A stretch of DNA of 64,000 bases. Source: Batkoa obscura (Eukaryota). The position numbers and the translations under genes are program-made. Positions 23,050 through 36,010 of the stretch are shown in pieces. Location: the NCBI GenBank assembly GCA_030770535.1, contig JASVEC010000016.1:310001-374000 (forward strand). The letters run 5' to 3'. The notes below the pieces were generated by a model. It saw only the letters and a program-made list of their open reading frames with translations. It ran no database searches and was not told the origin of the DNA. Numbering within the stretch: the stretch's first letter is position 1; every line of letters begins with the position of its first letter.

Positions 23050-25555
23050 TTAGGAATGCGATGTGAGTGCCTTATTCAAGGCGTCTAAGTTATCTTCATA
23101 AGATCTAGGCGAATGATCTGCAAACATAGATTTGGAGAAGGTAATTTCAGAGAATCGAGTTTTAACATCCGTACATTTAGATAAAGTAACTTTAAGGCAA
23201 GAGATGGGAGTAGAAGATCCACTATTAGATTCGGAAAAAGAATACCCACTTGGTGTAGAATTAGATCGTACCGGATTATTTTTTTGATAATGGATAAATG
23301 GATTATGAAGGATACTAGACTCAGCTGCCACAGTTTGATAGTTAATGATATATACTTCACCTGGTGGATACAGTTTTTCTGATTGCATATCAGCACGCAT
23401 TGTTTTGATTAAAGACCAAAACCAATTTTCCAATTGTTCCCCACCCAGGTGTTCACTTTCATCTACAGATAGTTGACTTTGGCTATTGGTTAATAGCTTA
23501 CCATTAAGTCCTAATATACGTTGAAGGATAAGTTGAGGTAGTCCTTCCTCATTCATCAAACTAGTAGTGATATTCTTGAAATCTCTTAGTATCCCTAATG
23601 AAAGACAAGCTACAATATCATCTTGATTTATTAAGGAAGTGACCAAGCCATTACAATAATTAGCCCCATCTAAGGTCAAAGCTGGTGGAACCCCATAAGT
23701 AAAACAATGCATGAATCTTCCATTTGGAAGTTGCGAAGCTTTAGAGGTTACAAACAATGTTTCTCCATTTTCGCTTTCAGTTTTTTCACCCCATAAAGCT
23801 GATAATAAAGAGACAACTCCGCCACCTAAAGAATGCCCACACAAAACCAATCCATAACCTGGATATTGGGTCAAAGCTTTAGCAATGATGGAGTGTACTT
23901 CTGATTTTTCAGATGCTAGTGCGAGAGCGGAATTTAACATACCTGAATGTGCTTTGTAAATATTACCTCCCAGTTTAATAGGCATATAATCGCAAGTAAG
24001 GTCAGTTAATGCGTCTGAAATACCTAAAGTGCCTCTGCAAGTTAATACAATCGCATTGACAGCATGATCTACAGCAACGTAATGAACTAAAGGATGTAAT
24101 TTGGCTGGACTTAATAGATGACCATGGCTTGAGTTAAAGGTAGAAGACACTGAAGAATAGGATGAGAACAAAATTGATTCTAACGGAGTTGAAGTATGTC
24201 TGGCAAAGGCATAATGATTTATATGAATGTTATTCAAATTTTGGAAATCGTTTTCTTCCCAAGTACCAATACCTAAAATCCTCATGAAATGAGAGCCATA
24301 GGCCGCCGATGAATATCGCATAAATCGATAAATTAAAGATAATAAGTTTGTTGGATTTGGTATAAATAGTTTAGAATTACTATTTAACTGTTCGTTATTC
24401 TCAATTTCTTTACTATTTAATAGCTTTGAGTTTTTTCGATTTAATTTATCAAGATTTCTCAAATTTGGGTTAACTAAATGACTATTTCTCATTTCAAATG
24501 GTCTTGAACCTGATTCAACTATCGCTTTTTCCCCAACTTGATTTTGCATATTTTTATCAATGCTATTCTCGGATTGATCTAAAAGTTCTACCATTCCACT
24601 AGAGTATCCATTGGTATTTAAAGAGTGGAGTTTTCGAGAAATAGAAGAAAAAGACTTTGATCTCCTAGCTCTGCTTCTTTCCCTAATAACATTGTTAATC
24701 AACTTACTTGTTGCCCCTTTACTGTCAATTTTATCTACATTTTTGACATGCAAATCTTTACAGGATTCTGAATTAGATTTAACCATACCTGAAGGTGAAG
24801 CAGTAATCAATTTAGGTTTATCATTTGTTTTTATTAATGATGCTAGCGAAACATGACCTTGAAATAAGCAAACTAATTGCAATTCTCTTCCAGATTTCGA
24901 AGTAGTAATATTCTGAAGACAAGCGAAAGCTGTTAATGCCTTAGTTAAGGCAGCAATTAAGTTGGTATTTTTAAGTCTTCCAGCTAAAAACTCATCGTCT
25001 TCATAGATTTCTCGTTTAACCAACATAACAATAGATGCTAATGCTCTAGAAGTTTCAGTTGAACCAAATAACCCATCTAAGACCCTTACAGATTCTTCAG
25101 CTAACTATACAACATTAAAATAAAATAAAAAATAGATATTTAAGGCTTACCCATAACCCAGATTTAAAACTATTGGAAAAAAAGTGAAAGGAGGACATAG
25201 CAAACAATTCAACTAAAGTGAAAGACTGATGAACAATATAAATCCCGAGATCTGTAAAGTGATCTAAGGAACGAGTAAACTCAATATCGGATATTTCTTT
25301 GATCTTACCATTGATTGGGCTAAGATGATAGTTTCTGGCAGCAGCTAAAGCATTGATAATAACCCTTCTACTCAATTGAATCGAAACTGATGTAGAATAC
25401 TTTGCACTTTCCATGAGAATTTCGGATATTAATGCGGTGACCCTTATCGATAGTCTAGTGCAAGTAGATACATTTGAAACTAATTGAGCCGTATTTTCAT
25501 CTAATAGTGTAGGCTGTTTAACGATTATACTCTCAACACTTAATTCATTTTCCAT
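23050..25555 (-). CDS. Lipase class 3 (diacylglycerol-lipase-like) alpha/beta hydrolase (exons 25555-25151, 25104-23050)
   Basis: LTCRGT, DALTD, HSGM, nucleophile motif GHSLGGG, QDDIV, C-terminal DH. Confidence 0.88.
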
Positions 25556-25906
25556 CTCAATTTTTAAAAAAATAACAATTCGAACTTATTTATGCTAGCA
25601 ATGCAAATAAAGAAATAATAGTTAACTACTTTTTATTCCTTTTATTGTTTTCATCCTTTATAAAATTGGTAATACTCTTTAATTTGGTTTCATAATTTTC
25701 AACTTTAAGGGGGGTTTATTTGTATTTTTTAAGTTTGGCTGACTTATCTTATTCCCAATAACGACAAACTTTGAACCTTTTAATTCTTGTTTATTGGTTC
25801 GAATTATGCTAACCCTCTCCCCTTTCTAATTGATTACATTAAAAGGGCTGTGTGGATAATTAGAGATTTTGACTCATTATATTAATTTTGCTGTTTAGTT
25901 TTTTAA

Positions 25907-25979
25907 GCTTCTTTGGCGCAGCTGGCAGCGCGTGAGTCTCATAATCTCAAGGTCGTGGGTTCGATCCCCACAGGGAGCA
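25907..25979 (+). tRNA. tRNA-Met(CAT), elongator type
   Basis: Cloverleaf, anticodon loop CT-CAT-AA, TTCGATC T loop, G1 start; lacks initiator features. Confidence 0.93.
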
Positions 25980-26036
25980 TTTTTTAGAAAAATTAAAACT
26001 AAAATCATAAATAAAATATTAAATAACTTTATTAAC

Positions 26037-26876
26037 TTAATCACAGTCTTCATTATGTTTATAACCATAACTATAGTTATATTTTCTATTGTGTCGGTTT
26101 TTCCTTTTATTGTACTTAGGTTTATAGTCATAACTTGAATCGTAATCATCATCTCTATTTTTATCGTATTTGTAACTATCATAACCGTCATTGTCATTGT
26201 ATTCGTCTGCATTGTAGCTATCATATCTATTGTAAGGATCCTTTTCATCACTATAGGCACTGGGTTTTTTAGGAGCATAACTATCAATATTGTAACTATC
26301 GTATCCACCGTAAGTGTCTTTTTCATCATCATAAACAATAGGGTTCTTTGGAGTATAAGAATCTATATTGAGCTCACTTTCTGCACCCTTGCTACTCAAC
26401 TTAGCATCGGAAGTAATAGGCACTCTTTGGGTATTAGAGAGTAAAGGCTTGTTAGATGTTGGCACTATCGGATTTAAGCTCAAAGCGCTTGGATTCATGT
26501 TTAATTGTGACATTTCAGTTTTAGCTTTAGTTTTATCTATAACATCTAATTCACCTAAGTTAGTATTTAAGTTATCACCATTGATTTTGTTTTTAATACT
26601 TTCAATGGTAGTGCTTCCATCTTTTTCTACTTTGTGTACCTCTTCGTTTTTAGTCAATTCACCGGATTCATCTGCTTTACTAGCATTTAATGTAGCTGTT
26701 AAATCTTTAACTGATCCCACAGTGGCATCTTTTCCATTACTCAATTGAATAGTTGAGTTTGTATTAGATTCCACAGTCTCTGGTTGTATTGTTGGTAAAT
26801 TATTAAGTGGAGCAGGTCTGGCTGGTAACCATAAACCAAGGATTACGAGAACAAGTAAAGATCTAGTATTAATCAT
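26037..26876 (-). CDS. Secreted protein with Tyr/Asp-rich repeated C-terminus
   Basis: Signal peptide MINTRSLLVLVILGLWLPARPAP; 279-aa ORF; duplicated 26-aa unit NIDSYxPKxPxxYxDEKDxYxxYDSY. Confidence 0.75.
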   Translation of the reverse strand: MINTRSLLVLVILGLWLPARPAPLNNLPTIQPETVESNTNSTIQLSNGKDATVGSVKDLTATLNASKADESGELTKNEEVHKVEKDGSTTIESIKNKINGDNLNTNLGELDVIDKTKAKTEMSQLNMNPSALSLNPIVPTSNKPLLSNTQRVPITSDAKLSSKGAESELNIDSYTPKNPIVYDDEKDTYGGYDSYNIDSYAPKKPSAYSDEKDPYNRYDSYNADEYNDNDGYDSYKYDKNRDDDYDSSYDYKPKYNKRKNRHNRKYNYSYGYKHNEDCD

Positions 26877-27701
26877 ATTGTATATTGTATTTTTATATTA
26901 TATTATATTATTAATTTAATTTATTATTTAAAATGTATATTAAATCGATCTATTTTTACTTCTTTTATATACCATATTTTACCTATTATGTTTTTTAAAA
27001 ATGATATTTTGTGCTATTTTGTGCTATTTTTATTTTTTTGATTATCTTACACTTGATCTTTCATGACATGTTATTGCTTTCCTACTTTTAGGTTTTTATC
27101 TCAATCAGCAATTTTTATTTTGAAATTCCTTTTTAAATCACTCAACGTTTAATAAGCATCATGATAATAAAAAACAAAACCCAAACATTATTATATCAAA
27201 ATGATTTATTGTAATAGCAGTAATAGATTATAATTGAGCAGATCATTAAAAATAAGGTCATGATCTCGTTATCTATATCTTAAGTTTCAATTCAAACAAC
27301 GTAGGTTCAACTAAAAATTAATTTTTTAAATGTTATTATACTTTTAAATTTGAAAATTATAGGTTAAGCTTACTCAACTAAAATATTAATATTTATCAAG
27401 TTGTAAAATACAGATAATCTATAAAAATAAATTTTCAAAGCAAGCATATTAGCTTACACTGCTGTATTGTACTAACATTGTATTATACTAGTACTATGTA
27501 ATACATTTAAAATCAATTTAACATTAAAGGTTAAAATTTCTTAATCTATTACTTTTGTTCAATAAAACTCATTATGTAATATTATTTATTTACTGAATTA
27601 ATGGTTTAGAACACACTATTTTATAGCATAATAAATGAGTATTTAATAGTGTAGTTATATAACAGTAAAAGAAAGATAACCGAAAATTTTAAATTCAAAA
27701 A

Positions 27702-27772
27702 TGTCATTGGGGGGAATCGAACCCCCGCTATCGCGGCCACAACGCGGTGTACTACCACTATACTACAATGAC
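27702..27772 (-). tRNA. tRNA-His(GTG)
   Basis: Reverse complement: acceptor GTCATTG/CAATGAC, anticodon GTG, T arm GGGGG-TTCGATT-CCCCC. Confidence 0.92.
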
Positions 27773-28318
27773 TTGCTCCTTGTGTAATTATCCAGTAATA
27801 TTATTATAAATATTGTTTTAACTTGTTTCTTAATGAATATTGATTTTGTGAATAAAATTAATATAATCTAGATATCAAAATGAGGCTAATTTTATCGAAT
27901 TAATTCTAGCCAAATAATTTTATCAATATTATTTAATTATAAAATCCATCATTACGATATAAATAATGTTTATTTATCTCATTTTTTATGAACCTGATAA
28001 GACTAATGATGTACCTCTCCTTTACATATGGGTTAGTTAAAAACTAAGAGTTCAAATTGTCTAATTTAAATTTATGGAAAATTGTATTACACATAAAACA
28101 AATTAAACGAAAATCAAATGAATTTACTATAAAATTAAGCAGAGAGCTATTTTTAGCTATTATAACTATTACGACTATTAAAATTATAATTTAAATTAGA
28201 CATATACTAAAAATCAATAACTTTAAAAGTTTATAAAGTTTTATAGTAAGGTAAATTTAAAAAAACTAATGAAATCTTTGTTTAAATTTTAAATTAATAG
28301 TATACCAATTTAATAAAT

Positions 28319-28414
28319 GGGCATGTATTTTTATATTTAAGGGTTTTACTAACAATTTTTCCACTCAAATAGTACAAAAAATGGAAAAAGTAATGAAGTC
28401 AAAAAAACATCTCC
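28319..28414 (+). mobile_element. MITE copy 4 (degenerate)
   Basis: GGGCATGTATTTTT...ATGGAAAAAGTAATGAAGTCAAAAAAACATCTCC. Confidence 0.8.
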
Positions 28415-28636
28415 AAACAATAGTCATAAGATTAATATTAAAATAATTTAATATTTGAGAATGCTTTTTCAGTTTCGATTGATGTTCACCCCATGTAACA
28501 TAAATTGTGAAAATACGACAATTGAATACTAAAGTAAAAAAATACCTCCACTTTGTCTTATAAACTACTAAGATTATTATATTGTATAAATATTAACTTC
28601 AACTATTTTATGTAATATAGAACATAAACATGATAT

Positions 28637-28734
28637 GGGAGTATTTTTTTGACTTCATTATTTTTTCCATTCTTTAAGTGTTGTTTAAGCGAAAAAACTG
28701 TTAGTAAAATTCTTAAACACAAAAATACATCCCC
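28637..28734 (-). mobile_element. MITE copy 5
   Basis: ATAT-GGGAGT...ATACATCCCC-ATAT. Confidence 0.9.
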
Positions 28735-29402
28735 ATATGAATAATGTTAGTAAACTCGCATATAATATCAATCAAAAGCTATAAACAACTTAAGATCACT
28801 AAAGAAGGAGAAAGTAGCCTATCCCCAAGCAGTAACTAGCTAATTCCTTGTAACATTAAATCAAATTATAACAATAAATAATACCCACGAATTATATATT
28901 ATCTTTAATACTATGATCATAATTATATTATATTAAATAATTAAAATCAACGTCTATACTAGTTCATAATATTAAGCTTATAAGTGTAAATATTAATATT
29001 GTAACTCATTGCTACCTATCTCCTAGGTATTGGTTTATTTTTGTCAGAATAATTTATTTTTTAGTTATCAAATTGAAATTTTTAATAATTTTTTAATTTT
29101 ATATATATGGGGCTGTCCTAATTGGTTTCAGAATCTACTTAGAAATTAATCCAAATTTAAAATTTCAAGTTTGTGTCCAATATAACGGTTAAATCTAAAA
29201 AGCCTAAAATTAAATGTCTCTATTTAAAACTTATTTTAATTGTTTCCTTTTCTTAAATAGCTAATTTTCCTAACTATATATTTTATGTTAGTTCTGTTAG
29301 ATATTTAACAGATATATAATATATAACTATATGATTATATAATTATATAAACACAGTTATTTGACTTTATTTGACTTTATTTTTTGTTGAAATAAAAATA
29401 AA

Positions 29403-31105
29403 ATGCAAACTTTCATAACTAAACTTCGAAATGGAATTTTTGAAAACTTCAATACAATAGGGAGGAGTACACAATATAAACATTGTAATTCATTTACATC
29501 AATTTTAAGAGCTACTTATAACAACCCAAGGTTTATGGAATTTTATAACAAAACAAAACAAAGAAAAGATATATTATCAAAGTTTACTATCGATAATAAT
29601 AAACTTAATCAAGTAATGTATAAAATTAGTGCTTTAAGGGAAACAGGAAACAAAAATCAGTAAGTAGCGTTATTATCAACTATAGCTTCAGTATATTCTT
29701 TTGATGAATGTAAGAGTTTTGGGTTTAATATAAATAGAAATCAATATGATTATTCAAAAACAAGTAATAATAATAAAATATCAACATTAAAACCTATTAT
29801 TAAAAATACAAAAAGAATTAAAGATGAGCAAATTGAAACTATCATACAATATTTACTAAATGATTCAACTATTTCATCAAGATTTAATAAAAAAAATAAC
29901 GATAGTAAATATTCATCAGATAATATATATATATTAAATAAAAGTAGAAGAATGATATATAGTAAATATTTTAATGATCTAAGAGATAAAGCAGTAGCTA
30001 GGTCAACATTCTTTAAATATATACCAAGTAATTTCAAAAATCCAGCAAGAAAAACGGATCTATGTAATATATGTACCCAGTATACAGTTAGAAAAAAGTT
30101 ATTTGAAAATAAAATAAATACAGCAAAAAACAAAGCAGAGATAGAAGAAATTTTCAACGAGGAAGAAAAATTATACAAATTACATAAATTCTGTGTTGAT
30201 ACTCAAAAAAACACATTTAATGAAACTATCAAAAAATTAAATAACAAAAGTGTATAATAGTTTTAGATTTTAAACAAAATATGGAAATAGGGACAAGACC
30301 AGATTCAATAAATCTAGATCATTATAATAAACAAGCTATATCAGTATTAGGCTTTGGTGTATTATATTTAAAAGATGATAAAACAATAGGCAAAGTTTAC
30401 TTTGATTATTTATCTGAAATATGGAATCATGATTCAGCATATGCAGGAGATTGTTTAATCAATTTGATCTCTACAGAGCTTCTATTTAAAAAGTTTACAA
30501 AAATCAATATATGGGCAGATACAGGAAATCATTTTAGATCCCAAGAGTTTCTACACTATATGTTTAAAGAAATTCATAAAATAAATAGTAGTTTGAATGT
30601 TAATCTTAATTTTTTTGCTGAGCATCATGGAAAAAGTATAGTTGATGGACATTTTGGAAACCTTTCAAAATGGAAAAGTAGTTTTGAAGCGTTAGGTAAA
30701 ATAGAAGGTATCGATCAATTAATCTCAAGATTTGAGGCTTTTATTTGCGAGCATAATAAAATTAATAACTCGACTGTTAATAATGGGAAAACAGATATAA
30801 TTTTTAAAAAGTATAAAAGAAACAAAAATACAAAAAGAATAATAGAGATGCAGGGCATTAAGAAGTATTTACATTTTATTAAACATAACAATAAACTACA
30901 TTGTTATCCAGTATCTGATACATCAAAAAAAAGCGATATAGTCCCAATTAAAGTTATAGAGTCTATAGAAAATATAAGGATTAAAAGATCGATCCCAGCT
31001 TACCTTACGAAGATAACAGAGAATTTAAAAATTTCGATATTTACTAAGCAAGTAAGTAGTTTGTTGAATGATAGAAATAGATTGTTAAATGTTAGGATTA
31101 CTTAA
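29403..31105 (+). pseudogene. Transposase pseudogene
   Basis: CAA>TAA nonsense at 29661-29663 and a 1-bp deletion near 30251 (AGTTGT>AGTGT) split the ORF into the 86/101/274-aa fragments. Confidence 0.9.
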
Positions 31106-31266
31106 GTTATTAATAGCTAAGTTAATAAATAGTCAAAGAACAAGTAACTGTAATAATATGTAAAAACTATTATTACTTGTACTATATAGGGATGGTTAAT
31201 TATAGTTTTGGGGCTAACCACTCCCTCCCATGCAGCTATTTATTAACTTGGCAATATATTAGTAAT
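31106..31266 (+). ncRNA. Putative structured RNA element (copy B)
   Basis: Same fold as 14428-14588; its three substitutions are all compatible with the structure. Confidence 0.45.
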
Positions 31267-32136
31267 GTAATTATAACATTAAAATAGTTTATTTATTTGA
31301 TAATAAATCTACAATGTTGGTTATAAAGCGGTTGATAATAAATATTTCTCAATTAAGCTTTATAAGAATATGTATTTAAGATCTAGTAGAAATTCAACTA
31401 ACTTACAGTATGAGCTATAATAGAATGATTTAGAACTGTGTTTGGGTACTTTTGTTTTAATAAAAGATGTGATTTTATAGAATTTTAAGCGAAGTTTTTA
31501 AAATACAAAATTTTTCAAAAATTGGATAAAATAATGGAACTAATTCAGACAACCCCATATATTGTATAGTTTTTATTTGATTGGGTCTATATTTTTTCTA
31601 TTTTTATAGCTTAAACAAATTAAACAATAATCGACTTTCAAAAGAAAGATTTTTAAATTTAAAGGGAGGTTATTTGTAAAAAGTAGCTTTTAAACACAGT
31701 TTTTATATATTTAGTATTAAAGAAGCTTATTTTTATACATTTCAAAAAACGAGTTATTTTTAAATTATAATAAGCAACTTATAACATCATTCAGGTATTT
31801 TTATCTGTTTTTAAACTAAAATTAATATATAAGTGCTTTATATTATTCAAAACAAATATTAAAAATTAAATGAAAACTGAGATTCAATACAGTTATTAGT
31901 TTTGATTTTATTGTTTTCTATTGAAAATCTATTAGTTAAAGCTATAGCTTTAGTTTTACTATAATATTTATAAAAAAGTAAAGTTATTCATTTAATTAGA
32001 GTAATTTAAGTCTAAGTGCTAACAAAAATAGGATTATAGCTTTATTATAATTTAATTTAATATTGTCTTTATTAAATAAAATGTTTTTTTAGTTAACCTT
32101 ATTATAGAATTTTTTTTATAAGTTATGATACTATAT

Positions 32137-32229
32137 AGGGATGTTTTTTTTCATCACTTTTTCCATTTTTTAAACATTATTTGAATAGAAAGATCATTAG
32201 TAAAATTCTTAAACAAAAAATATGTCCCT
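32137..32229 (-). mobile_element. MITE copy 6 (degenerate), immediately 3' of the GH16 gene
   Basis: ATAT-AGGGATGTTTTT...TAGTAAAATTCTTAAACAAAAAATATGTCCC. Confidence 0.8.
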
Positions 32230-32240
32230 GTTTATTGTAA

Positions 32241-33404
32241 TTAATTATAATTAAGTAAAATGGCCAATCCTAAAGGGAATAAGGAATAAGATAGTGATCT
32301 AGCGCTGGAAGGAGCTTGGCGACGAGAATCAATAACTCTGGTATTAGATTCTTCCACCTTTGACGTACTTTTAACAATGTCAAACATCTCCTCATCACCT
32401 AATTCACCCCCACCTTGCATATCTTTCGAAGTTTTTGATTTTTCTTTATCGCCTTTTTTAACTAGACCTAATTTCTCATCAACCTCAAAATCTTCATCTT
32501 TAGATAAAGGTTCTCCATAACATTCTACCTTGAAGTTTCTTACACGTACAGAATAGTAACCATCTTTCTTCATATCTTCTGATTCCCAATCAATGTAACC
32601 ACCGGCCCATTCTCTAGTACCTTCTTCATTAGAACCACCATCCCAAATACCAAATGAAAATTGAGCTGGTTCCAAAGGAAATTCGTCACCTGATCTCTTG
32701 ACTTCCCGGATCATATTACCATCGACATACCATTGAACTCTATCAGCATTAAAATCAATAGCGTAATTATGGAAACCTTCAAAGGAGTTTTTGATTTTAT
32801 CAGCTTTGAAATGGGTTTGCTCTGGTGGTGGTCTAATACCTTTATGATACCAATTTGTTTGTACTTCTTCAAGTCTATGCCCAACCCATTCAAGATCAAT
32901 CTCATCTTTACCTCTAGACATAGTAATAAAAGCGGAAACAACACCACCGCCACGACTAGTCTTAACATCAGCAGAAACACGACCATAATTAACAAAACGA
33001 GTAGATTGTAGAGTGGATCCAGTATTAGCTTTACTCATTTTTAATACAACTTCATTGCCTTGAACTTCATAATCACCAGCAATAGTGAAATCATATTTAG
33101 TATACTCCCCTTTGTAATCACTAAGTTTAATAATTTTATCTTTACTAAAGCTACTTTGCATATTTTTACATGCTGGTAATGGTAAACATTTTTTCCCCTT
33201 AGCATTACCAGATTCTATACAATTAGAACCACAATATGCATACGTCTTTCCACAGAAACCTTCCTTGTTACAACATGGGCCATCTTTATTGCAGAGTCCT
33301 TTAACGTCAAAACATTTTCCTTTTTGTTCATCTGAAAATACTGGGGAAATGAGATTTAATAATATACAGACTAATGATATACTTTGGAAATTAAAGATAA
33401 CCAT
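32241..33404 (-). CDS. GH16 chitin-glucan transglycosylase, Crh/Utr2-like, with CBM18 chitin-binding module and probable GPI signal
   Basis: Signal peptide, CCNKEGFCG..YC, catalytic DEIDLE, GIWDGG, WAGG, hydrophobic C-terminus. Confidence 0.92.
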   Translation of the reverse strand: MVIFNFQSISLVCILLNLISPVFSDEQKGKCFDVKGLCNKDGPCCNKEGFCGKTYAYCGSNCIESGNAKGKKCLPLPACKNMQSSFSKDKIIKLSDYKGEYTKYDFTIAGDYEVQGNEVVLKMSKANTGSTLQSTRFVNYGRVSADVKTSRGGGVVSAFITMSRGKDEIDLEWVGHRLEEVQTNWYHKGIRPPPEQTHFKADKIKNSFEGFHNYAIDFNADRVQWYVDGNMIREVKRSGDEFPLEPAQFSFGIWDGGSNEEGTREWAGGYIDWESEDMKKDGYYSVRVRNFKVECYGEPLSKDEDFEVDEKLGLVKKGDKEKSKTSKDMQGGGELGDEEMFDIVKSTSKVEESNTRVIDSRRQAPSSARSLSYSLFPLGLAILLNYN

Positions 33405-34416
33405 TTTGGGTTATTTATAAAAATTAGAGAAGTATTAAAAGAGTGAAATAGTTTATGTGTTCTACTTTTGAGTAAGGTGAATAAATAAAAACTTCTTTGT
33501 TCTAAAGAGGGTACTATTTATACGAAATTCATGATATGGAATTAGGTGAAATATTTGTATAATAAATAATAGGGATACAAAAATTCAAAAATGAGTTTAA
33601 CTTAGGAATTAATCTTGAGTTTTAATTACAAAATTCAATAACACATTAAGAACTAATAGTACAAGGATTAAATTAGAATGTTCTAAATATTTTATTATAG
33701 TAAGCCATCATTTAAGGGTGTTAATATATATTAATTTCTATACTTTTGGCCTTATATAGAACTTTATATACACTTTATATGTAAATTATGTCAATTACAA
33801 GTCTATTTTTATTTAAGTATTTAACTAAAACAACTTTAAATAAGATAATAAAATAATTTTTTACTTTATTAAAATGTTATAATATGCCAAGATTTATATT
33901 TCTTCTTAATTACTCCTTATTTTAAAAACTCTCAAAGGAGCAAAGCTCTAAAATGTTTATTAATAAGGTTAAGAAAATTTATAATCTAAACTGATTGACA
34001 TAATGTATAAAGTCAACTACTCCCTTTGATCTCGTTTTTCTAAAAACCTTAAAGGAGTAAGCCTTCAGGTAGTTTATTGTCAGAGCATACCAAAGCTTTA
34101 ATAAACCTAAAAGGTAAGGAGATAAAGGATAGGTAAAAGGCGGTATAACTTTCAGGTTTTTATTGCTATGATCATCAGGTGTTCCTATTTTTAAAGAAAT
34201 TCATAATAAATAGTTCAAACAATTTTATTTTTATTTTTTTATAGAATTTATAAACTCATGAGAAATCAAATATAAAATCAAATGATTTCTATTTTTATCT
34301 TTTTTCATAATAGGAACATCTTGCGGTTGATTACCGGAGCCAATCATTATAACTTTGAATAAATCTTATAAAATTCCAAATTTGGATAAAGATTTATATA
34401 CTAGAAAATAAAATAT

Positions 34417-34515
34417 GGGGGTGTATTTTCGTGTTTAAGAATTTTACTAACAAATTTTCCGCTTAAATAGCGCTTAAAAAATGGAAAAAATAATGAAGTT
34501 AAAAAAAATATCCCC
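34417..34515 (+). mobile_element. MITE copy 7
   Basis: ATAT-GGGGGTGTATTTT...AATATCCCC-ATAT. Confidence 0.9.
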
Positions 34516-34635
34516 ATATCAACCTTTCAAATAAGATTTTATAGCCTCTATAAGTCACTTTGTTGACTTTTCACATTTTTAAATATAACTTTTATAATTA
34601 AAAATCACATTTGAATCCGTAAAGCTGCACTCTTT

Positions 34636-35098
34636 TGTGAAATCTGGTACTCAGTGTTTGGAGTCAAGAACAGCTATTGCTGGGTTGACTACACTATAAG
34701 TCAAAAGGTCTTAGTTTATGTGACTAAGATAGACTTGGATTATGAAGAATAGCATGTAATAGGTTACAAGCTATATAAGACAAATATAATAGACAATACT
34801 AATGTAACTCTATGTAAAATACTATTAAGAAAACTTAGTGGCTTTATTAAATGTTCGAGATATCAGGGAATAATTCAGTTAAAAGCCTCGAACTACTATA
34901 CTCTGTAAACTCTTTTATACTCTGAAAAGTATAAATATCAAAATGAGAAGATAATATTCTTTTGGGATGGAGCTAGAAATTCTCATAACAAATCAAAATA
35001 AGAACATGGGATTGAATTCCTCTGAACTCGAGAACACAACAGCTTAAGCGATTGTTATGTTATAACTAACCATGGGACTGACAAAGCGATATTTCACA
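34636..35098 (-). mobile_element. Solo LTR, 463 bp (copy 1)
   Basis: TGTGAAAT...ATTTCACA ends (TG..CA with an 8-bp terminal IR). Reverse complement of 35548-36010 with no difference seen. Confidence 0.8.
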
Positions 35099-35137
35099 GC
35101 AGCGTTATTTTAGCCATGGTGCTTTTAATTAGAATAT

Positions 35138-35235
35138 GGGGATGTATTTTTGTGTTTAAGAATTTTACTAACAATTTTTCCACTTAAATAGCGCTTAAAA
35201 AATGGAAAAAATAATGAAGTCAAAAAAACATCCCC
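35138..35235 (+). mobile_element. MITE copy 8 (inside the inverted spacer)
   Basis: ATAT-GGGGATGTATTTTTG...AAACATCCCC-ATAT; close to consensus. Confidence 0.92.
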
Positions 35236-35547
35236 ATATAATAATTTTGGAGGTAATGGTTCTATACCTATAATAAGTTTGTATCATAATATTATAATAA
35301 ATACATTCATTTAAATAAGTCAATAATAAATGATTTAGTTTAAAAATAAACACAAATATTTTAACATAAAAACAAATTTGAATTACTATTAATTTGCTTT
35401 TTTGAAAAACCAAAAAACTATTTATTTTTATATAAACAAAATATATTTAAAAGTAATGTTGATAAACGTGATGTTTTTAATGGATATTATGAAGAATATA
35501 ATGATAACGATGATAAATATTTTTACTTTCATTTTCAAATGACAAAG

Positions 35548-36010
35548 TGTGAAATATCGCTTTGTCAGTCCCATGGTTAGTTATAACATAACAATCGCTT
35601 AAGCTGTTGTGTTCTCGAGTTCAGAGGAATTCAATCCCATGTTCTTATTTTGATTTGTTATGAGAATTTCTAGCTCCATCCCAAAAGAATATTATCTTCT
35701 CATTTTGATATTTATACTTTTCAGAGTATAAAAGAGTTTACAGAGTATAGTAGTTCGAGGCTTTTAACTGAATTATTCCCTGATATCTCGAACATTTAAT
35801 AAAGCCACTAAGTTTTCTTAATAGTATTTTACATAGAGTTACATTAGTATTGTCTATTATATTTGTCTTATATAGCTTGTAACCTATTACATGCTATTCT
35901 TCATAATCCAAGTCTATCTTAGTCACATAAACTAAGACCTTTTGACTTATAGTGTAGTCAACCCAGCAATAGCTGTTCTTGACTCCAAACACTGAGTACC
36001 AGATTTCACA
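35548..36010 (+). mobile_element. Solo LTR, 463 bp (copy 2)
   Basis: TG..CA ends. TATAAAAG at 35727 followed by AATAAA at 35798, as expected for U3-R-U5 order on the + strand. Confidence 0.8.

Larger units (their letters stand above)
29109..31556 (+). mobile_element. Sola-like transposon copy B, 2448 bp, disrupted transposase
   Basis: Same TIRs, ATAT at 29105-29108 and 31557-31560. Differs from copy A by a 10-bp duplication (TTATTTGACT) upstream of the ORF, a 1-bp deletion and scattered substitutions. Confidence 0.9.

Noticed and set aside
33900..34630. A gene disrupted by the LTR/MITE insertions
   Set aside because: Rejoined minus-strand frames look coding-like but have many stops and no recognisable motif.
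34636..36010. One foldback/TIR transposon with 463-bp arms
   Set aside because: The outer flanks (CTTT vs CTGC) do not match, while each arm has its own TG..CA ends and a reciprocal TSD.
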